Below the pieces are notes generated by a model that was not told the DNA's origin, did not search any database, and saw nothing but the letters and a program-made list of their open reading frames with translations. Source: Candidatus Dormiibacterota bacterium (lineage in GTDB: Archaea; Thermoproteota; Bathyarchaeia; 40CM-2-53-6). Taken from it: DNA of 64,000 nt. This document shows, in pieces, positions 18,811 through 27,442 of the stretch. Where the stretch lies: the NCBI GenBank assembly GCA_035637535.1, contig DASPWZ010000009.1, forward strand, positions 1,082-65,081, in the 5' to 3' direction. The translations under genes and the position numbers were made by a program. Within the stretch, counting starts at the first letter, position 1, and each line of letters opens with the position of its first letter.

Positions 18811-19017
18811 TTGTGTCGCGGGAAATATTTTTTTTGTAAATTCCAGGAACGGTCCAGTCGCTGGCTGAACCGTTTCTGGGGGAGATTGCTGGTTTGTCCC
18901 GCACAACAGGCGAGTCAGCGATCTTTCGACCAGTATCCATCTGTATCAACGCATGCTTGAAGTGGGCTTCATATGAAAAGCCCCTCCCAGATCCCAGATC
19001 AGGGTTCATTCTGAACG
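18811..19017 (+). repeat. A-type unit (A2) of the same family
   Basis: Starts with a near-identical box ttgtgtcgcgggaaatattttttttgtaaattccagg. It ends with gggcttcatatgaaaagccc and the hairpin cccagatcccagatcaggg (18986-19004). It is the reverse-complement match of 1360-1566. Confidence 0.7.
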
Positions 19018-19030
19018 ATTCTGACGACTA

Positions 19031-19178
19031 AATCATCGAACCAGTTAGGTCCGGGACAGCGTGCAAAGACTGGAACTTGACATGCCTACAAGCAATGTGG
19101 CTACTAGACATACGAGAAGGTCCCGACGAGAGCAACCATAGGCGCAGCCGAGACGATCAAGTGAAGAAACTCTCTGCT
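19031..19178 (+). repeat. direct repeat copy 2 (fragment of the zinc-ribbon gene 3' end plus flank)
   Basis: Matches 15685-15826 but the reading frame is broken, so only the tail IIEPVRSGTACKD is recognisable. Confidence 0.7.
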
Positions 19179-19597
19179 AAACCGAGCATCATACACAAGC
19201 ATCGGACCGTTAGATCCTCGAACATGAAGACCCGCTGATTTCGGGAGCAGACTAACTTCCGTCATACGAACAATGATAGTCGTACAGCCGTGAGACAACG
19301 AATGCCCTACACAGCATCGATGCACGCGAAGCTCCTGGAGAAGCTGGACCTCGCCAAGCGCCCGTTCACAGATCAGAGCGGGCAGAGCCGGAAGTCCGGG
19401 TTCCGCCCAGTGTTATGACTTTCGAAATTATTTTCGCTCACCTCGCTTGAGGCCTATAGATTGCCGATGATTACTGAAGCGAGATGAGCGAGAGTTCATC
19501 AGTGGTACGACCTACTCCCTCGCCGGCGGCCACCTCAGATACTGACAGACCCATCGTAGGCCTTTAGTAACTTTCACATCAGAGACAGGTGTAGACA

Positions 19598-19969
19598 ATG
19601 CGAGGTAGTATTGCCCCAAAGTGGAACGAGCTCGACCGGATCGCCAAACTCTCCTCCATGACAGGAATTGTTCTTGGAACCTGGGGCTTCCCTCTGTTTG
19701 CGCTGGTTCTTGCGCAGGCTCAAACCGGAATCTTTGGGGAGGGAGAATATGGAATAGGTGAAATGTTTCTTGCCCTCGTTCCGGCTTCAATCCTGCTGGT
19801 CGCGAGTGGGCTGAACTTGTGGTTTTTCGCCTCGACCAGAAGGAGAAGGTTGAGCATTACAATCCTAGTCTTGCTCGGGGCATTCGTTCCTATATTCATG
19901 ACTGTTGGGTATGTCATCCATCTTCGATATCCGTGTTGGCCCCACCATCCCATCGACTATTGTCCTTAG
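19598..19969 (+). CDS. small membrane protein, unknown function
   Basis: 123-aa ORF with three hydrophobic helices. Confidence 0.5.
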   Translation: MRGSIAPKWNELDRIAKLSSMTGIVLGTWGFPLFALVLAQAQTGIFGEGEYGIGEMFLALVPASILLVASGLNLWFFASTRRRRLSITILVLLGAFVPIFMTVGYVIHLRYPCWPHHPIDYCP

Positions 19970-20154
19970 AAGTTGGGTTTTGGTATTTGCCGAATCATCT
20001 TGATCTCTGGTGGTTGTGAACCTGTTATCAAGGAAAAGGGATTGGCCGAGAACCTAATTCAGATGTCTAACTATATGACGCCAAGGCTTTCTACCTTTAT
20101 TATGAGAGAAGGTAGATTCGTGTTATGTACAACATCAAATCTCCCCACAAGTAA

Positions 20155-20472
20155 TTGCAAGCAATTAAGATAACTCCAACCGTCCGCGACAGAATTCTAC
20201 TGCATTTGGCAAGATATTCCCTATATGAGAAAGACTACAACGTGCCTTTCGACGTTACGCAGCAAGGAATTGCTGAAAATGTATCTATCAGACAGAGTCA
20301 TGTGCCCCAATATGTTCGACCTATGATCAAGGATGGTCTAGTACTTGAAAAGTCGTCCGTTGCGAAAGGAGGCAGGCGGCATAGAAAAGTATACTTCCTG
20401 ACTTCCCAAGGCCGGACAGCTCATGCTTGGCTCCACGATAATAATCCTGAAGAGAGCCAAGCCCGATTCTAA
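20155..20472 (+). CDS. winged-helix transcriptional regulator
   Basis: 105-aa ORF with a TTG start. FDVTQQGIAENVSIRQSHVPQYVRPMIKDGLVLEK...RKVYFLTSQG is an HTH plus wing pattern. Confidence 0.55.
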   Translation: MQAIKITPTVRDRILLHLARYSLYEKDYNVPFDVTQQGIAENVSIRQSHVPQYVRPMIKDGLVLEKSSVAKGGRRHRKVYFLTSQGRTAHAWLHDNNPEESQARF

Positions 20473-20576
20473 CGACATCGGACCCTACAACAAACCCTCG
20501 AAGCTGTTGCGGGTTCCCTAGAGAAAGCAACCGTCTTAAATTTCTCAGAGTCGGTAATAGTCATTTGTAACCGTAT

Positions 20577-20598
20577 ATCCGTAGGTATACCTACGGAT
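20577..20598. promoter_or_regulatory. perfect 22-bp palindrome, candidate operator
   Basis: ATCCGTAGGTATACCTACGGAT equals its own reverse complement. It lies between the wHTH gene and the large surface-protein gene. Confidence 0.5.
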
Positions 20599-20697
20599 TA
20601 TCTGAGGTCACGTTATAACGCATTCTTGCGTTCTATGCTTGACCGTAATGAAGGCCTTCATGAGGCGACATGGGATTCTCGGTGTTGAGAATTCAGA

Positions 20698-23600
20698 ATG
20701 AAAAAACTCAGCTTATTGATTCTCGTTTTGACCTTGTCTATCCTCGGCTCGGCAGTATTATTCTCGGCTCACAACCTCATTGCTCGGAACATTTCCGAGC
20801 AGGGGAAAACGACCGAAGCCGCTCGCCAAGTCAGTTCTCAGACAATCGGTGTGAGCCCGCTTACCTTGACTCCTCAAACGGGCAGTTCTCCACAAGAAGC
20901 GACCTCTTTGATGGCTGCGGGCCCGCCAGGCACGACGCCAACGCATCACGGCATCTCCCCCCAAGATACCGTCTGCTGCCCGATTGCGGGAGGAACCGCT
21001 CAACCATGGAGCGCGGGTTATATGGATCAAAGCGCGACCCTAGCTTCCGAAGTCAGAGTTCAGGTATCATTCCTGAACACCGTTCAAAATTCTATCCCAA
21101 CGGGTAACTATATTCGAGTAGGAATGATGGCTCAATCACAATCAAATGGTGCCAGTAACTGCATTCAGACCTGCGGCACTCTTGATTGGGCAAACTTTGC
21201 CTGGGTCCAAATTTCCAATGCTGGAAATCCCACGATCGTATCAGAGGTAGACACGTCACCTGGATATTTCGAGAGTTCGATCAACGTGTTCACTTCGAAC
21301 TGGAATTGTTATTGCTACACTGCTTCCGACTTCGCCACCTTAACGATGCGGTGGAACAATGGAGTCCTAGAATGGCTGGCAGCAATTAATGGAGTCGACC
21401 AAGGGGTCATCGCCACTTACACTCCTTACAGCTATCAGCAACAAGTATTTCACGTAGGAGCCGAAAGCTTCTCACTATGCGCTAACCTGTTTCCTTGTAC
21501 GGTGAAGTATTTCCAGTTCGGAATATTCGGACAATCGCCCGTGTCCAACCCCGGATTCCAAGTGTTCATCCAGTCCCCGCAGTACATGCCAAACGGTAGC
21601 AGCACTTGGAACGATGTGACAAAGTCTACTTCTACCGACGGATCAGACGCTCTGGTTGACAAACAGTACGCGGTAGGGGGAGAGGCCTACGTTCAGGCGC
21701 AGGCAAACTATTGCAAGAATGATGGAACGAAGCCATTCGGCCAGATCTTGTTTACGGAGTCGCCTAATTTTCTTCAAAGCGGAGTCTTGCTATGGGATTC
21801 CGGCTGTACAAAGGCCAACTTCTCATTCAGCGCTAGTCCCTCGTCCATCAACATCAATCCTGGCCAAACGCTTTGCTGCACACTGTCAGCGTCCCTAGGC
21901 ACTCTTAACAGCTACACTGGCGGAATCACTGTCTCGATGACAGGCCTTCCTAATTGCGTGACAAGCTCAATACCTAATCCCACGCTTCTAACTTCCGAAC
22001 CGCCCATATCGGGCTCTGGAGCTGGTTTCAGTATTAGCCTGTCTGCCTCGACCAGCTGTCCATCAGCGTCAACCTTTACCGGAACCCTGACCGCGAATGA
22101 CGCTATAATTAGCCACACAGCAAGCTTCACGCTCCAGATTTCAGACTTCGCCATCTCAGCCAGCCCGTCCACTGTCTCTCTGACACTCGCAGGATCTTCG
22201 GCTTCTTCTACTGTCACCGTGGCCAGTAATGCAGGTTTCTCATCCGCAGTGTCCCTCGCTGCTTCTGCTTCTCCCAGCGGCCCGGTCGTATCCGTCTGGC
22301 CGACAAGTGTCACCCCGTCTCTAGGTGGTTCATCCATCTCGACACTTGACATTAGCGCTGGAGGTGCCGCCCCTGGTACCTACGCAGTCACAGTAACGGG
22401 CACCAGCGGCTCGCTGGTTCACTCGACTACAGTAACTGTGACGGTAGCCGGTGATTTCAGTGTCGCAGCGAGTCCGACCACGCTGACTCTTCCGGCCGGC
22501 TCCTCAGGAGCCTCCACAATCACGCTGGCGAGCCTAAACGGCTTCTCGGGTACAATATCACTGGCATCATCAGCCAACGTAACGATCAGTGCCGTGGACA
22601 TTGATGATGGTAATTACCGGGCCTTCGGCCTAACTATAGACCAGGCTCTGTACACTCCCGATTTCTGGAACCAGCAGCCAGGCTCTATAATCGGGGATGC
22701 CAGTAGCATCTTTACCTACTCCCATACTTTCCCGCTCCCCACAGGCTCACATTTCATAGAGTTCGGTGTCAGCGCCTGGGTGGGCCACTGGCACGCCAAG
22801 ATCTGGGTCAACGGCGTGCTCATGGCGGATGTCGATACAAACGTCGTCACCCACGTGCACGTACCATTCCAGGTCACGGGAGTCTCCGTCTCACCATCAG
22901 TGACTAATGGGCCGACAGGCTCGTTGAGCGCTACGAGCACTACTCTGTCGGCGGCGGGATCCTCGGCTATCACGCTCAGTATCGCTACAACGTCGTCAAC
23001 GCCAGCGCAGAACTATGTCTTCACTCTGATCGCTAGTAGCGGTGGGGTCTTCCACGCATCAACTGTAACAGTCAAGGTTCTGGATTTCAGCCTCACAACG
23101 AATCCATCCAGCCAGTCTCTTATTCTGGCAGGCTCGTCGACCACGTCCACTGTCACCGTTGCTAGCCTCAACGGCTTCTCGGGGACCGTGTCCCTCACCG
23201 CTTCTACCTCTTCTTCTGGACTGGTGGTTTCTCTCTGGCCAAACAGCCTAACTATTTCGAGCGGTGGCTCGGCGACTTCAACCCTTTCCATTAGTGCCGG
23301 AGGGGCTACGCCGAGCACCTACACTGTAACCGTCGGCGGGACGGGTGGCGGGCTTAGCCATTCAGCCACGGTGACCGTTAGTGTTGGTGGCGACTTTGGA
23401 ATTTCAGCCAGCCCGACTAGTCTGAGCATTAGCCATGGGAGCTCAGGTACTTCCACGCTTACTCTGACGAGCCTGAATGGCTTCGCTGGAACGAGCTTCG
23501 CTGGGACGATAACGCTCCCAAGTCAGGCTTCGATCTCGATTACGGCAACTAGCACAGACGATCATTACCAGAGGTCCTTTGGGCTACTGTTTGATCAGAC

Positions 23601-24036
23601 GCTGAATCCTGATTTCTGGAATTCTCAACCGGGCTCGGTGATAGGAGTGAGCTTCAGTCCGTTTACCTTCTCCCACACCTACTCTCTCTCCCGCGGAAGC
23701 CACTTCCTAGAGTTCGGAGTCAGTGCTTTCGTTGGCCACTGGCACGTGCAGATTACGGTCAATGGCGTGGTAGTGGCTAGTGTTGATACCGACGTGAGCC
23801 ACCATGTTCACTCCTCGTTCAGCATTGGAGGAACCTCCGTCTCACCCTTGGTCAGTAATGGTCCAACTGTCTCGTTGAGCTCAAACAGCGTTACGCTCTC
23901 CTCCGGAGGCTCAGGCACAATTACGATGACGATATCAACAACACACAAGACTCCCACGGGCAACTACACGGTTACGGCGATAGCGACCAGCGGCGGACTT
24001 TCCCATTCAATAACGATTACTATCACTGTTACATAG
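20698..24036 (+). CDS. large secreted surface protein with Ig-like repeats and an internal ~950-bp module duplication
   Basis: 1112-aa ORF with an N-terminal signal/anchor (MKKLSLLILVLTLSILGSAVLF). Ser/Thr-rich Ig-like repeats recur (ASPSTVSLTLAGSSASSTVTVAS...). Residues ~482-794 and ~795-1112 are paralogous modules. Confidence 0.8.
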   Translation: MKKLSLLILVLTLSILGSAVLFSAHNLIARNISEQGKTTEAARQVSSQTIGVSPLTLTPQTGSSPQEATSLMAAGPPGTTPTHHGISPQDTVCCPIAGGTAQPWSAGYMDQSATLASEVRVQVSFLNTVQNSIPTGNYIRVGMMAQSQSNGASNCIQTCGTLDWANFAWVQISNAGNPTIVSEVDTSPGYFESSINVFTSNWNCYCYTASDFATLTMRWNNGVLEWLAAINGVDQGVIATYTPYSYQQQVFHVGAESFSLCANLFPCTVKYFQFGIFGQSPVSNPGFQVFIQSPQYMPNGSSTWNDVTKSTSTDGSDALVDKQYAVGGEAYVQAQANYCKNDGTKPFGQILFTESPNFLQSGVLLWDSGCTKANFSFSASPSSININPGQTLCCTLSASLGTLNSYTGGITVSMTGLPNCVTSSIPNPTLLTSEPPISGSGAGFSISLSASTSCPSASTFTGTLTANDAIISHTASFTLQISDFAISASPSTVSLTLAGSSASSTVTVASNAGFSSAVSLAASASPSGPVVSVWPTSVTPSLGGSSISTLDISAGGAAPGTYAVTVTGTSGSLVHSTTVTVTVAGDFSVAASPTTLTLPAGSSGASTITLASLNGFSGTISLASSANVTISAVDIDDGNYRAFGLTIDQALYTPDFWNQQPGSIIGDASSIFTYSHTFPLPTGSHFIEFGVSAWVGHWHAKIWVNGVLMADVDTNVVTHVHVPFQVTGVSVSPSVTNGPTGSLSATSTTLSAAGSSAITLSIATTSSTPAQNYVFTLIASSGGVFHASTVTVKVLDFSLTTNPSSQSLILAGSSTTSTVTVASLNGFSGTVSLTASTSSSGLVVSLWPNSLTISSGGSATSTLSISAGGATPSTYTVTVGGTGGGLSHSATVTVSVGGDFGISASPTSLSISHGSSGTSTLTLTSLNGFAGTSFAGTITLPSQASISITATSTDDHYQRSFGLLFDQTLNPDFWNSQPGSVIGVSFSPFTFSHTYSLSRGSHFLEFGVSAFVGHWHVQITVNGVVVASVDTDVSHHVHSSFSIGGTSVSPLVSNGPTVSLSSNSVTLSSGGSGTITMTISTTHKTPTGNYTVTAIATSGGLSHSITITITVT

Positions 24037-24266
24037 GTCGATTCGCAGCAACGAACCCCTGCTTCTTTCCTTCAGCTTTTCTTCATCCCAGCAGATAAGC
24101 AGCGGTCTTCTCCAGCAAGACAAGGGACCGGCTATACGGTGAAATTATTAGAAAGCCTAGGCAAAGAGTAGTCTGAGGGATCTGAGCTTTGCGAATAGTC
24201 TCTCGGTCAACCTAGGATCAGTGTGTCAGTTAGGCCGGGTCCGAAGAAAGCCAGTCTCCTCGCTTT

Positions 24267-24743
24267 GTGAAGAAACCAGTCTCAGGCGCAGTGAAGTTCG
24301 GAAGGCTGAACCTGGAAGGCGACCGTCAAGCCGACCTGACAGTTCACGGTGGAGTAGACAAGGCCGTCTACGCCGATCCATCTGAACACTACCCGTACTG
24401 GGTCGCGAAATATCCGAATATGGAAGTCCCGTGGGGAACATTCGGGGAAAACTTGACCACAGAAGGGTTACTTGAGAGCGAAGCTCACGTGGGCGACCAA
24501 CTCGGCGTCGGGTCGGCAGAATTTGCGGTGACCCAGCCTCGCTTTCCCTGTTACAAGTTAGGTCTGAGATTCGGAACCCAAGCCATCCTCAAAACTTTTC
24601 TCGACTTTGAAAGATCCGGATACTATCTCAAGGTCCTGCGAGAAGGAAAAGTCAAAGCCGACGACCCGATAAAAACTATCCAAGCAAACGAGAACTCCCT
24701 GACCATCACCTCGATGGTCCCGATGGTTAGGAGAAGCGGCTGA
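24267..24743 (+). CDS. MOSC domain protein
   Basis: 158-aa ORF with a GTG start. LEGDRQADLTVHGGVDKAVYA and VTQPRFPCYKL are MOSC signatures. The N-terminus looks short. Confidence 0.75.
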   Translation: MKKPVSGAVKFGRLNLEGDRQADLTVHGGVDKAVYADPSEHYPYWVAKYPNMEVPWGTFGENLTTEGLLESEAHVGDQLGVGSAEFAVTQPRFPCYKLGLRFGTQAILKTFLDFERSGYYLKVLREGKVKADDPIKTIQANENSLTITSMVPMVRRSG

Positions 24744-24934
24744 GACTACGTCCAGTCACACTCTTTCCCTTCTCGCGCAGCCTTGGCGCCTCGGAACGAT
24801 CGATGGGTAATGAGGGTATTGGTGACGGGCTTCGGTGGATTATCGTTGGACGTTCGCGGCTGTTAGCTGTGTCGGATGAACCTCAAGCCGGGCAGAACCG
24901 AACCTTTCGAGAATTCTTTGATTCTCCTTTTCGC

Positions 24935-27067
24935 CTATGCGATAGCTATGGTGGTGCTACCGGAACTGCTGAGATGATCCGTATCTCCGGTATACGTTGC
25001 GGTGATTTGTTGAATGGTTGCTCTGCCTGTGCTTGGCGTATAGGTGACGGTGCAAGTTGCTGTCGGTCCGTTGCCGGAGATGATGCAACTGGTTGGGCTG
25101 AAGGTCCCGGTTCCGCTACTGCTCCAGCTAGCGAATCCTGTCGGTGTTATCGGTGTTCCAGGTGATGTGTCTGTCACACTGGCCTGGCATGTTGTTGAAT
25201 GTTTAGGCCGGAGGGCGCTGGGCGAGCAACTGACGCTGGTCGACGAGGCACGTTTTGTTACTTGCAGGCTGGTTGAGCCTGAGCTTCCCTGATGAGTCGA
25301 GTCGCCGCCATAGGTTCCGATTACGGTCTGTGTCCCTTCCGTGCCTGGACTCGGCGTATAGCTCAGAGAGCAACTGCTGGTCGAGGAGCTGGTGGGGCCT
25401 AGTGTGCAGGTTGGCGAGGGGGCGAATGAACCGGGGCTACTGCTGGAAAAAGATACACTGCCAGTTGGTGAGGTCGGGGTGGCTGAGGTGTCTGTGACGG
25501 TCGCTGAGCATTGAGCGGCTTGGTTTACGGCTATCGTGGCTGGGGTACAGTTGATGGTGGAGCTTGTGCTGGACAATGTCGTTCCACCACTCTTGTTAAT
25601 GGTGGCAGTGAAAGCGTCTTGGTCAACACAGCCGTACGGCGGAATATTTGTGTCGCATGCATTCCTGTTGTCGCTCCATATTGGCTGAGCTGTGGCGGGC
25701 GATGCTGCTATCTGGATATAGTCTCCCATGAAAGCACAGAATGTGCAAGGAGGGTCGGTTCTCAGAACAATGTTGGGGTTGAAGCTAGTCGAGGTCACTC
25801 GTAGGTTGGGCGAGAAGGTGCTGCCGGCATCGAGCGATTGGGCATAGAAAACGTCAACGGCAGTCATCGACGTGCCAACGTTGAGACGGCTGTCGTACCA
25901 GGCTACACTGATGATACCCCCGGAGGCAGCTATTGTTGGAAAGAAGTGCTGTCCAGTCATGACATCATTGACCATCAATGGAGCAATCCATGTGATGCCG
26001 CCGTCAATCGAACGGGTGAAGAAAACGTTGGAGTTTCCAGTTCGGAAATCATCCCATACAAGATAGACTCCATTCTGATCAGCGGCCATTTGAGGAATAG
26101 TGAATGCCCGGAAGTTTCCTCCGGGAAGAGGCGAAGGTATCAGAAAAGCAGGATTAACAGCCCTCGTCGTCCCTGCGACCGTTGTCCCACCGTTCGTTAT
26201 CTTCGTCACTTCAATATAGCCTAGAAAATTCTCGGTCACAGCATCAAACGCGTCAGCTGAGACGTAGACATTGCCGGACGAATCGATCGCCATTCCTGCC
26301 AACTCTCCGGTTTCATCGGCTGGAGTGTAGAACGGCGCCGACCAAGTATTACCCCCATCAGTCGAGCGGGTGAAGAGAGTTCCAAAATAGGACGTGGCGG
26401 TCAGGTTAGCGTCGTAGGCGACGTACACGTTTCCGTCGAAAGGTCCACCAGTCGTATCCGCTACGATCCAAGGTTTGTCTGGAAAGATGCCCGCAGAGAT
26501 GAGGTTCGCGTTGGAGTACGTGGCTCCGTCATTCGTGAACTTCGCCACGAAAAGACCGGTGTTGATGAAAGGGCTGTTGACCGGGATGCTGAGAACGAGG
26601 CCTACGTAGTACAGATTTCCGTTCCGGTCGAATGTGAGCACAGGGTCGGATGTCGCATTCCAAGCATGTAGGGGTGAGGCGAGTCCTTCAGGTGAAGTGT
26701 CGCCCGGGAAGCCTGGGAGGAGAATATTCGTCCAGGTTTGGCCGCCGTCTGTTGACCGGTAGAATCCATGCCAACGATGCTCTCCAACAGATACGAGTCT
26801 CAGATCCTGGGCGCCGGCAACGATAATGCTCGGGTTGCGAGGGTCTATGGCGATGGTCGGTTCAACCTGCTGACGGTCGGGAGGCGCATCGCCAACGATT
26901 CCCACGTTGGATCCCGTCGATAACTCCGGAAGAATAGTTGTATTCGGCGTCGAATTAGTCAGTGCTACTCTCTGCAGAGCAGAGCTCGACATCGCTGCTG
27001 GATCAGTTGTTAGGAACAGACCAACCATGATCAAGGCGACAACGATAATCATCGGCCTGCTTGACAA
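24935..27067 (-). CDS. BNR/Asp-box repeat (sialidase-fold) secreted protein with C-terminal Ig-like repeats
   Basis: 710-aa ORF with a signal anchor. Asp-box motifs are STDGGQTW, STDGGNTW, SIDGGITW and SLDAGSTF. The C-terminal region is Ser/Thr-rich and repetitive. Confidence 0.8.
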   Translation of the reverse strand: MSSRPMIIVVALIMVGLFLTTDPAAMSSSALQRVALTNSTPNTTILPELSTGSNVGIVGDAPPDRQQVEPTIAIDPRNPSIIVAGAQDLRLVSVGEHRWHGFYRSTDGGQTWTNILLPGFPGDTSPEGLASPLHAWNATSDPVLTFDRNGNLYYVGLVLSIPVNSPFINTGLFVAKFTNDGATYSNANLISAGIFPDKPWIVADTTGGPFDGNVYVAYDANLTATSYFGTLFTRSTDGGNTWSAPFYTPADETGELAGMAIDSSGNVYVSADAFDAVTENFLGYIEVTKITNGGTTVAGTTRAVNPAFLIPSPLPGGNFRAFTIPQMAADQNGVYLVWDDFRTGNSNVFFTRSIDGGITWIAPLMVNDVMTGQHFFPTIAASGGIISVAWYDSRLNVGTSMTAVDVFYAQSLDAGSTFSPNLRVTSTSFNPNIVLRTDPPCTFCAFMGDYIQIAASPATAQPIWSDNRNACDTNIPPYGCVDQDAFTATINKSGGTTLSSTSSTINCTPATIAVNQAAQCSATVTDTSATPTSPTGSVSFSSSSPGSFAPSPTCTLGPTSSSTSSCSLSYTPSPGTEGTQTVIGTYGGDSTHQGSSGSTSLQVTKRASSTSVSCSPSALRPKHSTTCQASVTDTSPGTPITPTGFASWSSSGTGTFSPTSCIISGNGPTATCTVTYTPSTGRATIQQITATYTGDTDHLSSSGSTTIAIA

Positions 27068-27274
27068 GAATGATCGAAGGAAAATCGTCTCGAATCTTGT
27101 ATAAAAACGTACATGACTCTAAAAAGAATAATCGTTCGAGCTGAAGCCGTTCAAGAATATCCAGATATACCAAACTATCTACTCTTCTCATCACGACTGC
27201 TTCCAACAGGTCTAAGCATACGAAACGTGTCTGAGTCGGCCTGGTCACGACTCCAACAAAACATAAACGAAAGA

Positions 27275-27442
27275 ACAGGATCCACTCGCTAGCTGAAACG
27301 CCTCTCGGCGAGAATATCGGTTTGTTGCGCAGAACAGCCGAATCATCATTTTTCCAATAGCGGACTGATGGGATCATGCAAGAGTGAACTGCGCATCATA
27401 TGGAACCCTTCTCCCAGATTACGGATCTAGGCTTATTCTGGG
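27275..27442 (+). repeat. A-type unit (A3) of the repeat family
   Basis: Aligns with 18850-19012. Shared blocks are cgctagctgaaacg / cgctggctgaaccg, ggtttgt, catgc, tcatatggaaccc and the hairpin cccagattacggatctagg. The upstream box is degenerate. Confidence 0.55.

Noticed and set aside
18496-19009. Track ORFs 18496..18711 and 18797..19009 (minus strand, 71 and 70 aa)
   Set aside because: They lie entirely within repeat units B2 and A2. Their shared IYKK.. endings come from the AT-rich box. No frame is conserved across copies.
19440-19510. Possible C/D-box sRNA (gatgatta ... ctga strings)
   Set aside because: The C box is imperfect (GAUGAUU, not RUGAUGA). The spacing to the CUGA elements is wrong, and no terminal stem is evident.
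20698-24036. Highly repetitive DNA that might be mistaken for a CRISPR or satellite array
   Set aside because: The repeats are long, diverged and in frame within one continuous ORF (Ig-like protein repeats). There is no short repeat/spacer periodicity.
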